This document shows positions 28,272 to 37,553 of a stretch of 64,000 nt of DNA, in pieces. The stretch is from a bacterium (lineage in GTDB: Bacteria > UBA8248), in assembly GCA_965199855.1 (NCBI GenBank), contig OZ241326.1, positions 2,080,001 through 2,144,000 on the forward strand, read 5' to 3'. Below the pieces are notes generated by a model. It saw only the letters and a list, made by a program, of their open reading frames with translations. It made no database searches and was not told where the DNA came from. Every line of letters starts with the position of its first letter. Position 1 is the stretch's first letter. The position numbers and the translations under genes were made by a program.

Positions 28272-28964
28272 ATGCGACCGGCGAACGATATCGTCCAAAA
28301 GCCCTGGGGCCCGATGGCCGGCTTCTGGTCCTGGCGGTACCTGAACCTCTGGAAAACCCTGAAGCTCGTCACCAGCAAGCGGGTCAAGAGCTTTTATGAG
28401 AAATTCCCGGACGTTCTGCCCCCCGGCACCCCCTTTCCGGATTTCGAGCTCGGGGACATTCACGGAACGCGCCGCCGCATGGCGGACTACCTCGGCAAGA
28501 AGTACGTGGTGATCACCACGGGCGCCATCACGTGACCGCCCTACAGGCGGCAGGTGCCGTTCTATGAGGAGCTCCAGGAGAAATACGCGGAGCGCGACGT
28601 GGTCGTCTTCAACCTCTACGTGCGGGAGCCCCACGCGGGCGAGCGCGGCTTCCCGGAGGTGCGGAACCACGAATCCTACGAGCACAAGCTGGGCTGCGCC
28701 AGGGAGCTGGCCGAAATCAAGGGCATGAAGACCGGCATCCTGGTCGATGAGATGGATCAGAAGGTGCACGCCATGCTCGGCGACCTCCCGAACACCATCT
28801 GGCTCATCGGCAGGGACGGGAAGGTCGCCTACAAGTGCAGCTGGTCGAACGCCGAGCACGTGGACGAATATCTGGTCGGGATGGTGAACGCGGACCCCGC
28901 CTTTGAGGGGATGCCGAAAATGGAGCGCACCATCTTCACCGCCCGCGCCGGAACGGCCATCTGA
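28272..28964 (+). CDS. Deiodinase-like thioredoxin-fold selenoprotein (Sec at codon 88, TGA 28533-28535)
   Basis: ORFs 28272-28535 and 28554-28964 are in the same frame. Read-through gives PDFEL..., TGAIT-U-PPY and YVREPH, matching deiodinase GSxTUPxF and YIxEAH motifs. Confidence 0.85.
28536..28570 (+). promoter_or_regulatory. Putative bacterial SECIS element
   Basis: Hairpin CGGC-AGGT-GCCG (28548-28559), extendable by G-U pairs. The G-containing loop starts about 17 nt after the UGA. Confidence 0.6.
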
Positions 28965-29027
28965 AGACGCTCTTTCGCCCCCGGAAGCGGGGGGGCATCT
29001 TCATCACGCGCGCAGGAGGAGCCCCGC

Positions 29028-29552
29028 ATGGACGCGCCCGCCATCATCTCGGAACGCCTGGAAGCCTACGGCATGAGGCTCCGGGAAGTCATGGAGGACG
29101 TGAGCGACGCGGACCTCATGGTTCAGCCGGGCGCCAACGACAACCCCATGGGCTGGCTCGTCTGGCACATGACGCGCTTCGAGGACAGGACGTTCTCCTT
29201 CCTCGCCGGGGCGCCGCAGTTCTGGCTGGAGGCGAAATGGCACGATCGCTTCGGCATGGCGGCCGAGGCCGGGCGCGACGGCATGGGCGACACGCTGGAG
29301 CAGGCGCTCGCGCTCAAGGTGAGCAAGGACGCCCTGATGGGCTATTTCGAGGCGGTGCGCGAGAGGACGCTCGCCTGCCTCTCGGAGCTTCGCGCGGCGG
29401 ACCTGGACGAGGAAAGGGACGATTTCGCGGGTCCCGGGCGCATCAAGGTCGGCCTGCTCCTGGGGCGGTATCTGGGCGATCACCTCTCCCACATGGGGCA
29501 GATCTGCTATCTGCGGGGGCACGTCGCCGGCTGGGGGCGGTATCCGAGATAG
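29028..29552 (+). CDS. DinB-family protein
   Basis: NPMGWLVWH..RFED and H..H.GQI.YLRG. Confidence 0.88.
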   Translation: MDAPAIISERLEAYGMRLREVMEDVSDADLMVQPGANDNPMGWLVWHMTRFEDRTFSFLAGAPQFWLEAKWHDRFGMAAEAGRDGMGDTLEQALALKVSKDALMGYFEAVRERTLACLSELRAADLDEERDDFAGPGRIKVGLLLGRYLGDHLSHMGQICYLRGHVAGWGRYPR

Positions 29553-29556
29553 AGAG

Positions 29557-30558
29557 TCAGTCGAGTTCTCCCAGAATCCGAATCGCGCGCCTCGCTTCCT
29601 CCTCCTCCATCTCGTCGGGCGCCCGGAAAAGCGGCCGGGAGACGCCCGCCTCCCGAAGGGCGGCGAGCTTCTCCGCGCATCTCGACCGGGGGCCGCAGAC
29701 GCTGAGCTCGTCCACGAGGGCGTCCGGCAACGCCTCCCCCGCCGCCTTGCGGCCGCCCTTTCTCCACGCCGCCCGAATCGCGTCCGCCTCCGCGCCGTAG
29801 CCCCAGCGCGTGAGCTGGGCGTGGTAGTAGTCGCCCATCGCCCCGACGTAGAAGCCGAGTTCCGGCCTCACGAGGGCGCGGGCGCGCGCCAGGTCGTCGA
29901 GGGGAGCGGCATAGACGAAGGGCGCCACGTCGATTTCCGACGCCGCCCTGCCCGCCGACGCCGCCCCCTCCTCAAGATGCCTCATCGCCTCCCGCATTCT
30001 CGAGAACGGGACGCAGAAGGGAATCCAGCCGTCGGCGACCTCCCCCGTCAGCCTCGTGTAGTTCGGGCCGTTCGCGCCCAGATAGATGGGCAGCCGCTCC
30101 TGAGCCGGCCCGCGCCGCAGCTTGAAGCCGCTCATCCGATAGACCTCGCCGTCGAGCTCCACCCGCTCCCCCCGGAACGCCTGCCGCAGGGCGTCCACCA
30201 TCTCCCGGGTGCGCTTCAGGGGGCTTCCGAAAGGAACGCCGTGCCAGTTCTCGATGACCGCCCGGCCGCTCGAGCCGAGCCCCAGGCGGAAGCGGCCGCC
30301 GCTCAGAACGTCGAGCTCCGCCGCCGTCTGCGCCATGAGGCCCGGGCTTCTGCCATAAACGTTGAACACCGCCGCGCCCAGCCCGATGCTCTTCGTCCCC
30401 GCCGCCGCCATGGCGATGAGAACGCTCCCGTCGCGCACCCAGGTTTCGGGAAACCACAGCGAGTCGATTCCCGAATCCTCGCACCACCGCGCGAACCGGG
30501 GAACCTCCCGCGCGTCGATGGTCTCCTGGTGCCGCAAAACCACGCCCTTGCCCGCCAT
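29557..30558 (-). CDS. Luciferase-like (LLM) flavin/F420-dependent oxidoreductase
   Basis: LD.LSGGRF.LGLG.S, PIYLGANGP and GEVADGW. Confidence 0.88.
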   Translation of the reverse strand: MAGKGVVLRHQETIDAREVPRFARWCEDSGIDSLWFPETWVRDGSVLIAMAAAGTKSIGLGAAVFNVYGRSPGLMAQTAAELDVLSGGRFRLGLGSSGRAVIENWHGVPFGSPLKRTREMVDALRQAFRGERVELDGEVYRMSGFKLRRGPAQERLPIYLGANGPNYTRLTGEVADGWIPFCVPFSRMREAMRHLEEGAASAGRAASEIDVAPFVYAAPLDDLARARALVRPELGFYVGAMGDYYHAQLTRWGYGAEADAIRAAWRKGGRKAAGEALPDALVDELSVCGPRSRCAEKLAALREAGVSRPLFRAPDEMEEEEARRAIRILGELD

Positions 30559-30601
30559 GAGCCGCCTCCTCCGGCAATGGTGATTTCCGGGGGTTTCCCG
30601 C

Positions 30602-30631
30602 TTGACACGCGGAAGCGTCTTGCCCTATAAA
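30602..30631 (+). promoter_or_regulatory. Putative sigma70 promoter of the DEAD-box helicase
   Basis: TTGACA-18 nt-TATAAA, 8 nt upstream of the GTG at 30640. Confidence 0.6.
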
Positions 30632-30639
30632 GGCTCCCC

Positions 30640-32361
30640 GTGAGAATTATCAGATACTTGGCGAGCATCATACGCTCCGAAAACGAAGAAGACGACCCCG
30701 AGAACCAGGCTCCCCCCAAGGTTCAGGAAGCCGCGTCCCCGCCGACGGGAAACCGATCCGCCGACGGGTGCGGCGCGACCGCCCGCAAACCCGCTCGCGG
30801 CGAAGCCCGCCGGAGCGAAGCCGGCCCGGATTCCCCAAAATCCCGACGCCGGCGCAGACGCCCCCGGAAAAAACCGGGAGATGGAGAACTTTTGCGAAAA
30901 CAGAACGAAGCAGTCGCGGAACGAGGAGAACGGACGAACGGCGGCCCGCCGCCCGCGGATCGGAAAAAAAGGAGGCGCCGCAGGAGAAAGCCGGCCGCCC
31001 CGGACGCGGGGGCGGCGCGCCGGCAGGCGCCCCGCAAGGCGGCCGACGACGCTCCCTACAACGGCGTCTCCGCCTACGAGAAGGAAGCCGCCGACCTGGG
31101 GCTGGGCGACTTCGACGTGAGCCGGGCGCCCGAGGGCTTCCGGGAGCTCGACCTGCCGCCCGAGCTGCTCCGGGGCGTCCACGCCATGGGCTTCGGCGCG
31201 CCCACGCCCATTCAGCGGGAGGTGATTCCCGTCGCGCGCGAGGGCCGGGACGTCATCGGCTGCGCGCAGACGGGGACGGGAAAAACGGCCTCCTTCGCCC
31301 TGCCGACGCTCGAGCGCCTGCGAAGCGGGACGGGCACGCGCTGCCTCGCGCTCACCCCCACGCGGGAGCTCGCCATCCAGGTCTCCGGGCAGTTCCACCA
31401 GCTCGGAAAGCACCTGAAAACCTCGTGCGCCGTCATCTACGGCGGGGTGGACTACGAGCCGCAGTTCAAGGTCTTTCGGGAGGGCGTGGACATCATCGTG
31501 GCGACGCCGGGCCGCCTGCTCGACCACATGAACAGAAAATCCGTCCACTTCCGGGATCTCGAAATCCTCATCATCGACGAGGCGGACCGGATGCTGGACA
31601 TGGGCTTCGCCGAGGAGATCACCGACATCCTCAGACGCCTGCCCAAGAAGCGGCAGACCATGCTCTTCTCCGCCACCATGCCCCCGAAAATCCAGGACCT
31701 GGCGAACCGCGCGGTGAGCGACCCCGTTCAGATCACCATCTCGCCGCCCACGACGCCGGCCGAGGGCATTCACCACGGCGTCTATCCCATCAGCGCGGCG
31801 AACAAGCCCCGCGGCGTGCTGGGCATCATCGAGAAATACGAGGCGACGAGCGTCCTCATCTTCACAAGGACGAAGGCGGGCGCGGATCAGCTGTGCGACT
31901 TCCTGGAGCGGGAGAAAATCTCCGTCGCCAGGATTCACTCGGACAGGAGCCAGCGCCAGAGGGAGAAGGCGCTCGCCGGGTTCCGGGAGGGGAGGCACCG
32001 CGTCCTCGTGGCGACGGACATCGTATCGCGCGGCATCGACGTTACGGGCATCTCGCACGTCATCAACTACGACGCGCCCGAATACCCCGAGGACTACGTC
32101 CACCGCGCCGGCAGAACGGCGCGCGCGGGCAGCATCGGCTACGCCATGACGCTCATGTCCCCCGGGGAGATAGCCCCCGTCAAGAACATCGAGCGCTTCA
32201 TCGGCAAGGCGCTGCCCCGGGTCGGCATTCAGGGCTTCTCGGACGACGTGCACCAGCAGAGCCTCGAGGACGAGCCCAAGCCCCTCATCAACCAGCCGCG
32301 CGTCGCGCGCTACGAGCGGCTCCGCAGAATGCCGCGCCGCACCGGCCTCTCGCTTCGCTAG
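30640..32361 (+). CDS. DEAD-box RNA helicase (RhlE-like) with Arg/Lys-rich disordered N-terminus
   Basis: PTPIQ, AQTGTGKT, PTRELA, TPGRL, DEAD, SAT, SRGID and HRAGRTAR. Confidence 0.95.
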   Translation: MRIIRYLASIIRSENEEDDPENQAPPKVQEAASPPTGNRSADGCGATARKPARGEARRSEAGPDSPKSRRRRRRPRKKPGDGELLRKQNEAVAERGERTNGGPPPADRKKRRRRRRKPAAPDAGAARRQAPRKAADDAPYNGVSAYEKEAADLGLGDFDVSRAPEGFRELDLPPELLRGVHAMGFGAPTPIQREVIPVAREGRDVIGCAQTGTGKTASFALPTLERLRSGTGTRCLALTPTRELAIQVSGQFHQLGKHLKTSCAVIYGGVDYEPQFKVFREGVDIIVATPGRLLDHMNRKSVHFRDLEILIIDEADRMLDMGFAEEITDILRRLPKKRQTMLFSATMPPKIQDLANRAVSDPVQITISPPTTPAEGIHHGVYPISAANKPRGVLGIIEKYEATSVLIFTRTKAGADQLCDFLEREKISVARIHSDRSQRQREKALAGFREGRHRVLVATDIVSRGIDVTGISHVINYDAPEYPEDYVHRAGRTARAGSIGYAMTLMSPGEIAPVKNIERFIGKALPRVGIQGFSDDVHQQSLEDEPKPLINQPRVARYERLRRMPRRTGLSLR

Positions 32362-32509
32362 CCCGAAAGACGGCCTCCGCCCGTTCGGGGAAGGAGCGGC
32401 GGGGCCGCGCCCGGAAGAAAGCCCCGGATCCCGCGCCGGCGGCGGCGCGCCCGGGCGCGCTTTCCGGGCCGCCGAAAGCGGAAAATCGCCCTCCCCCCTT
32501 CGTTTCCTG

Positions 32510-32538
32510 TTGACCCCCTCGCGCGGCTGGGCTAGACT
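32510..32538 (+). promoter_or_regulatory. Putative sigma70 promoter of hup
   Basis: TTGACC-17 nt-TAGACT. Confidence 0.55.
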
Positions 32539-32633
32539 TCGCCCGTCCATGCTGGATAGACGCAATCCATGCGGCGCATACGCGAAGCCGAACGCTTCGG
32601 TCCAGCCCACTTACACCGTTGAGAGGATTCCCG

Positions 32634-32906
32634 ATGCAGAAGTCTGATCTCGTAGAGAAAATCGCCGATGAGGCGGGAATCTCCAAGGCCGCCGCGGACA
32701 GGGCGCTCAAATCCCTGCTCGATTCCGTCACCCGCGCCCTGAAAAAAGGGGACAGGGTCTCCCTCGTCGGCTTCGGCACCTTTTCCGTCTCGAAGCGCGC
32801 CGCGCGCACGGGACGCAACCCGCGCACGGGCGAAACCATCCGCATCAAGGCGAGCAAGGCGCCCAGATTCGCCCCCGGCAAGAGCCTCAAGGACGCCGTG
32901 AAGTAG
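32634..32906 (+). CDS. hup: DNA-binding protein HU
   Basis: [24 protein letters not shown] and PGKSLKDAV. Confidence 0.97.
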   Translation: MQKSDLVEKIADEAGISKAAADRALKSLLDSVTRALKKGDRVSLVGFGTFSVSKRAARTGRNPRTGETIRIKASKAPRFAPGKSLKDAVK

Positions 32907-32958
32907 GAAGCGCGGCGGATTTCCGGGCGCGCGGTCCGGCGCCCGGAGAGGGGGAGCT

Positions 32959-34095
32959 TTACGTCCGCGAGCCGCCCCGGGCGAGAAAGCGGCGCAGCGC
33001 GGAGAGGAGCCGCTCGTTCTCCTCGGGCAATCCGACGGAGACGCGAATCCACTCCGGGCATCCGAAGGCGGAGCCCGCGCGAACGATGACGCCCTCGCGC
33101 GACAGCGCCTCGGCCGCGGCGTCTCCCTCGCCCACCCGCGCGAAAACGAAGTTGGCCTGGCTTTCGAGGCACTCGACGCCCATCTCCGCAAGCGCGCGGC
33201 GCAGAGCCTCCCTGCCCTCCCGAACCAGCGCGATGGCGCGGCGCCTGTAGTCCTCATCCTCCAGGGCGGCGAGCGCCGCCGCCTGCGCGAGCCGGTTCAC
33301 GCTGAAGGGCTCGCGCACGCGGTTCATGTATTCCACCACCCCGCTGCGGCTCACGCCGAACCCCACGCGCAGGCCCGCCAGCCCGTAGATTTTGGAAAAC
33401 GAGCGCAGAACCACGAGCGGGAAGCGCTCCGCCAGCGCCGCGCCGTCGGGAAAGGCGGGGTCGTCCGCGAAATCCCCGTAGGCCTCATCCAGAAGAACCA
33501 GCGCGCCGCCGGGCAGCGACTCGAGGAAGCGAAGGAGCTCCTCCTCCCGCAATATCGCGCCCGTAGGGTTGTTCGGGGAGCAGAGGAAGATGAGCTTCGT
33601 CCGCGCGGAAACCCTGGCGGCGACGTCCCCCAGGTCTATCCGCATATCCCGCAGGGGCGAGAAGACGACGCGCGCCCCCATCACCCGGCTCACGTGCTCG
33701 TAGGGGCTGAAAGTCGGCCGGGGGATGACGACCTCCTCCCCCTCGTTCAGGAACGTTCGGGCGAGAACGGAGAGCACGTCGTCGCCCCCGTTTCCCACGA
33801 AAATCCGCGAGGGCGCGACGTCCAGCTTCCGCGCCAGGCGCCCGACCAGCGCCTTCGCCCCGCCGTCGGGGTAGCGGTGCAGGCCCTCCAGGACGCCCCG
33901 AATCGCCTCCAGCGCGCCGGGGGCGGGGCCGAGCGCGTTCTCGTTGCTGGCGAGCTTGACGACGCCGCTCAGCCCGTATTCGGCGGCCACCTCCTCGATG
34001 GAGCGGCCCGGAACGTAGGCGCGCAGCGAGGAGACGCCCTTTCGCAGCAGGCGCTCCGCGTCGAAGGCCGCGCCCGCTTCCTTCTCTTCCGTCAT
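32959..34095 (-). CDS. hisC: Histidinol-phosphate aminotransferase
   Basis: YVPG, KLASNEN, RYPD, PNNPTG, DEAY and RSFSKIYGLAGLRVG. Confidence 0.95.
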   Translation of the reverse strand: MTEEKEAGAAFDAERLLRKGVSSLRAYVPGRSIEEVAAEYGLSGVVKLASNENALGPAPGALEAIRGVLEGLHRYPDGGAKALVGRLARKLDVAPSRIFVGNGGDDVLSVLARTFLNEGEEVVIPRPTFSPYEHVSRVMGARVVFSPLRDMRIDLGDVAARVSARTKLIFLCSPNNPTGAILREEELLRFLESLPGGALVLLDEAYGDFADDPAFPDGAALAERFPLVVLRSFSKIYGLAGLRVGFGVSRSGVVEYMNRVREPFSVNRLAQAAALAALEDEDYRRRAIALVREGREALRRALAEMGVECLESQANFVFARVGEGDAAAEALSREGVIVRAGSAFGCPEWIRVSVGLPEENERLLSALRRFLARGGSRT

Positions 34096-34264
34096 CGCCG
34101 TGAACTCCCCGAGCGCCGCCGCGGCCCTCCCCGCGCGGCTGGCCGCTCCTTACCAGAAAAGCCCGAAGTTGTCATGCGCCCCGAAAGGCGCGATATTCAT
34201 GCGTTGCCCCCGGAATGCGGAACGGGCTAGAATGGAGAGGGCTAAAGTTCGCGGGAGATTCGCC

Positions 34265-35116
34265 TTGGACGATCGGAAGCTGGACGCGAAGCTCGAAAGC
34301 CTCGAGCGAATTCTGGGGGAGATGGGGAGCGTTCTCGTCGCGTTCTCGGCAGGTGCGGACAGCGCCTTTCTCTGCAAGGCGGCGCATCGCGCGCTGGGAG
34401 ATCGGGCGATCGCCGTCACGGGTCGCTCCGTCACCCTCGCCGCCTCCGAACTGGAGGAGTCGCGCGCGCTCGCCAAGCGCATCGGCATCCGCCACCTCAT
34501 CGTGGACACCGACGAGATAGCGGACGAGTCCTTCGGAAACAACCCGCCGAACCGCTGCTATTTCTGCAAGAGCGAACTCTATTCGATACTGCGCCGCGTG
34601 GCGGCCGAGCAGGGTGCGAACTTCGTCGCCGACGGCTCGAACGCCGACGACGCGGGCGACCACCGCCCCGGAATGCGGGCGGCGCGGGAGCTGGGCGTGC
34701 GGAGCCCGCTCATGGAGGCGGGCATGACGAAGGCGGACGTCCGCGCCCTCTCCAGGGCGTTCGACCTCCCCACCTGGGACAAGCCGGCGCAGGCGTGCCT
34801 CTCAAGCCGCTTTCCCTACGGAGACCGCATCACGCCGGAGAAGATCGCCCAGGTGGAGAAAGCCGAAGCCCTCCTGCGCGGGCTCGGCTTCCGGCAGCTG
34901 CGGGTGCGCCATCACGGGACGGTCGCCCGAATCGAGGCGCCGAAAGAGGACGTCCCGCGCTTCGTGGGCGAGGACATCTCCCGCAAGGTCGTCGCCGGCA
35001 TGAAGGAGGCCGGCTTCACCTACGTGACCATCGATCTGGAAGGCTTCCGCTCGGGCAGCATGAACGAAGTCCTCGAATCGCCCGCGCGCGCCTCCGATCT
35101 GCCCCTCCTCTCGTGA
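34265..35116 (+). CDS. larE: ATP-dependent sulfur transferase LarE (nickel-pincer cofactor synthesis)
   Basis: PP-loop AFSAGADS, RCYFCK, DHRPG, ACLSSRFPYG, RVRHHG and GFRSGSMN. Start is TTG 34265 or ATG 34232. Confidence 0.92.
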   Translation: MDDRKLDAKLESLERILGEMGSVLVAFSAGADSAFLCKAAHRALGDRAIAVTGRSVTLAASELEESRALAKRIGIRHLIVDTDEIADESFGNNPPNRCYFCKSELYSILRRVAAEQGANFVADGSNADDAGDHRPGMRAARELGVRSPLMEAGMTKADVRALSRAFDLPTWDKPAQACLSSRFPYGDRITPEKIAQVEKAEALLRGLGFRQLRVRHHGTVARIEAPKEDVPRFVGEDISRKVVAGMKEAGFTYVTIDLEGFRSGSMNEVLESPARASDLPLLS

Positions 35117-35871
35117 ATCCCGACGCCCTCCTCGAACTCCTGGAGCGGGTGAGGGAGGGTCGCCTCGCGCCCGGGGACGCGGCCTCCCGGCTGCGCGATC
35201 TGCCCTTCGAGGATTTGGGCCACGCGCGGGTGGACCACCACCGCGCCCTGCGAAGCGGGCTTCCCGAGGTCGTCTTCGGGGCGGGAAAGACCACGGAGCA
35301 GGTCGTCGAAATCGCCAAGAGCCTCATGGCGCGGGATCAGACGGCGCTCGTCACGCGCGCCGGGGCGGAGCAGGCCGAGGCGCTGCTCGCCCTCTCCCCC
35401 CGCGCGCGCCATCACGAAGCCGCGCGCATCGTCGAAATTCCCCCGGAGAATCCCCCCGAGCCCGTCGGCGAGGTCGCCGTCGTCTGCGCGGGCACCTCGG
35501 ACATCCCCGTGGCCGAGGAGGCGGCGGTTACGGCGCGCGCCCTGGGCTCCCGGGTGACGCGCGTCCACGACGCGGGGGTGGCGGGCCTGCACCGCCTGCT
35601 CGCCGAGGTCGGGACACTGCGCCGCGCCAACGCCGTCGTCGCCGTGGCGGGCATGGAGGGGGCGCTTCCCTCGGTGGTCGCCGGGCTCGTGGCCTGTCCC
35701 GTCATCGCCGCGCCCACCTCGGTGGGCTACGGCGCCAGCCTAGGCGGGCTGACGGCGCTGTTCGCCATGCTGAACTCCTGCGCCGCGGGCCTGAGCGTGG
35801 TGAACATCGACAACGGCTTCGGCGCGGGCTGCCAGGCGCACCTCATCAACAGACAGGCGGCGGGCGCGTGA
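35113..35871 (+). CDS. larB: Nickel-pincer cofactor carboxylase/hydrolase LarB
   Basis: DHHR..R.G.PEVV, AGTSDIPVAEEA, AGMEGALPS, PTSVGYG and NIDNGFGA. Confidence 0.95.
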   Translation: MNPDALLELLERVREGRLAPGDAASRLRDLPFEDLGHARVDHHRALRSGLPEVVFGAGKTTEQVVEIAKSLMARDQTALVTRAGAEQAEALLALSPRARHHEAARIVEIPPENPPEPVGEVAVVCAGTSDIPVAEEAAVTARALGSRVTRVHDAGVAGLHRLLAEVGTLRRANAVVAVAGMEGALPSVVAGLVACPVIAAPTSVGYGASLGGLTALFAMLNSCAAGLSVVNIDNGFGAGCQAHLINRQAAGA

Positions 35872-37115
35872 GAACGCTCTACTTCGACTGCTTCTCGGGC
35901 GCGGCGGGCGACATGCTCCTGGGCGCGCTGCTCGACGCGGGCCTCGACTTCGCCGCGCTCGAGGCCGAACTGGCGAAACTGGGGCTGGAAGGCTGCTCGC
36001 TCTCCGTGCGCTCCGTCGTGAAGGGAGGCGTCTCGGCGCGGCAGTTCAGCGTGAGCGTCCGCGAGGCGGCGCCCCGGCACCACGGGGGCGAAGGCGGCGA
36101 GAAGCCGCATGGCCGCTCCCTCGCGCGGATTCAGGCGATGCTCGAAGGCGCGCCCATCCCCGAGGTACCCAAGCGGCGCGCCGCCGCCGCGTTCCGCCGG
36201 CTGGGCGTCGTGGAGGCGGGCATTCACGGGACGCAGCTCGAGGCGGTGCACTTCCACGAGGTCGGCGCGGTGGATTCCATCATCGACGTCGCGGGCTACT
36301 TTCTGGGCCTCCATCTGCTGGGGGTCGAGCGGGTGGCGGCCTCGCCGCTTCCCGTCGGGCGCGGATGGGCGGAGTGCGCCCACGGGCGGATGCCCGTCCC
36401 CGCGCCCGCGACCGCCAAGCTGCTCGAAGGCGTCCCCGTCTCGGACAACGGGCTGGAGGGCGAAGTCCTCACGCCCACGGGCGCGCTGCTCCTGGGCGAG
36501 AGCGCGGAGTTTTTCGGCCCCATGCCCGACATGACGATAGAGCGGGTGGGCTACGGGGCGGGCGAGAAGGATTTCGCGGACGCGCCGAACCTCGTCCGCG
36601 CCTTTCTGGGGGAGTCGGAGCCCTCCGGCGACGGCGGCGATGGCGTCGGGGCCGGAAAACCCCCGACGACCGTCGCCGTACTCGAGGCCAACGTGGACGA
36701 CATGAGCCCCGAGCTCATCCCCCACGTCATCGAGGGCGCCATGCGCGCCGGGGCGCTCGACGCCTTCTCCATTCCCGTCACGGGCAAGAAGGGACGGCCC
36801 GCGCAGCTGCTCACCATCCTGGCGCCGCTCCCGAAGCGGGAGGCGCTCACCCGCTTCCTCTTCCGCGAAACCTCCACCCTGGGGGTCCGCCATCGGCGGG
36901 CGCGGCGCTCGGTCGCCGCGCGCGAATGGGTGGAGGTCGAGCTGCCCTGGGGCCGCGCCCGCGTGAAGAAGGCGGCCTACCAGGGCGAACTCGTGAATCT
37001 CGCGCCCGAATACGAGGACTGCAGGCGGCTGGCCGAGGCGGGCGGCGTCCCCCTCAAGCGGGTGATGGAGGCGGCCGCCGCGCGCGCGAGGGAGACGCTG
37101 GAGGGCGGGCCGTGA
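35868..37115 (+). CDS. larC: Nickel insertase LarC (single open frame)
   Basis: YFDCFSG..GDM, HFHEVGAVDSI.D, PAPAT, TPTGA, NVDDM, KKGRP, ETSTLGVR and PEYEDC. Confidence 0.95.
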   Translation: MRTLYFDCFSGAAGDMLLGALLDAGLDFAALEAELAKLGLEGCSLSVRSVVKGGVSARQFSVSVREAAPRHHGGEGGEKPHGRSLARIQAMLEGAPIPEVPKRRAAAAFRRLGVVEAGIHGTQLEAVHFHEVGAVDSIIDVAGYFLGLHLLGVERVAASPLPVGRGWAECAHGRMPVPAPATAKLLEGVPVSDNGLEGEVLTPTGALLLGESAEFFGPMPDMTIERVGYGAGEKDFADAPNLVRAFLGESEPSGDGGDGVGAGKPPTTVAVLEANVDDMSPELIPHVIEGAMRAGALDAFSIPVTGKKGRPAQLLTILAPLPKREALTRFLFRETSTLGVRHRRARRSVAAREWVEVELPWGRARVKKAAYQGELVNLAPEYEDCRRLAEAGGVPLKRVMEAAAARARETLEGGP

Positions 37116-37182
37116 AAGCGCCTCCCGCGGGCGACGGGGAGACGCCGGGCGGAGTCCTCCGGGGGGCGCGGGAAAGCCGGCC

Positions 37183-37425
37183 ATGAAGCTGCGCGTCATG
37201 CTGTTCGCCGACTTCGCCGAGAAGATGCCGCCCGCGCAGGACATGAACGGGGCGGCGGAAATCGCCATGCCCGAGGGCGCCACGGTGGGCGACGTGCTGG
37301 ATCGCTTCGGCATTCCCCACGAGACGGCCTACACCGTCCTCCTCGACGGCCGCCACGCCAGGAAATCCGCCCCCATCCCGGAAGGGGCCGAGCTCTGCGT
37401 GTTCCCGCCCATCGTGGGCGGATGA
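37183..37425 (+). CDS. MoaD/ThiS-family ubiquitin-like sulfur carrier
   Basis: 80-aa beta-grasp-like sequence ending FPPIVGG. Confidence 0.88.
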   Translation: MKLRVMLFADFAEKMPPAQDMNGAAEIAMPEGATVGDVLDRFGIPHETAYTVLLDGRHARKSAPIPEGAELCVFPPIVGG

Positions 37426-37457
37426 AAAGGGAATCGAAGGGCTTGACGCTCTTCGTC

Positions 37458-37520
37458 GTCATTGCGGCGAAAGCCGCAATCCAGCGCCGACGAGAAAACA
37501 CCGGCTTCCGCCGGAATGGC
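37458..37520. repeat. GTCATT(C/G)CGGCGAA.GCCG.AATCC-type palindromic intergenic repeat
   Basis: Related copies at about 12577-12595, 20098-20127 and 61048-61072. Confidence 0.65.
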
Positions 37521-37553
37521 GCGCGTTGAATATGCGATCGCCTTGCGAAGCCG

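Noticed and set aside
28272-28964. Two separate small genes or a nonsense pseudogene
   Set aside because: The stop falls exactly at the catalytic Sec/Cys position of a deiodinase-like motif and is followed by a SECIS-like hairpin, so recoding fits better.
35868-37115. Programmed frameshift in larC, as known in some species
   Set aside because: Both LarC domains are in one continuous frame here.
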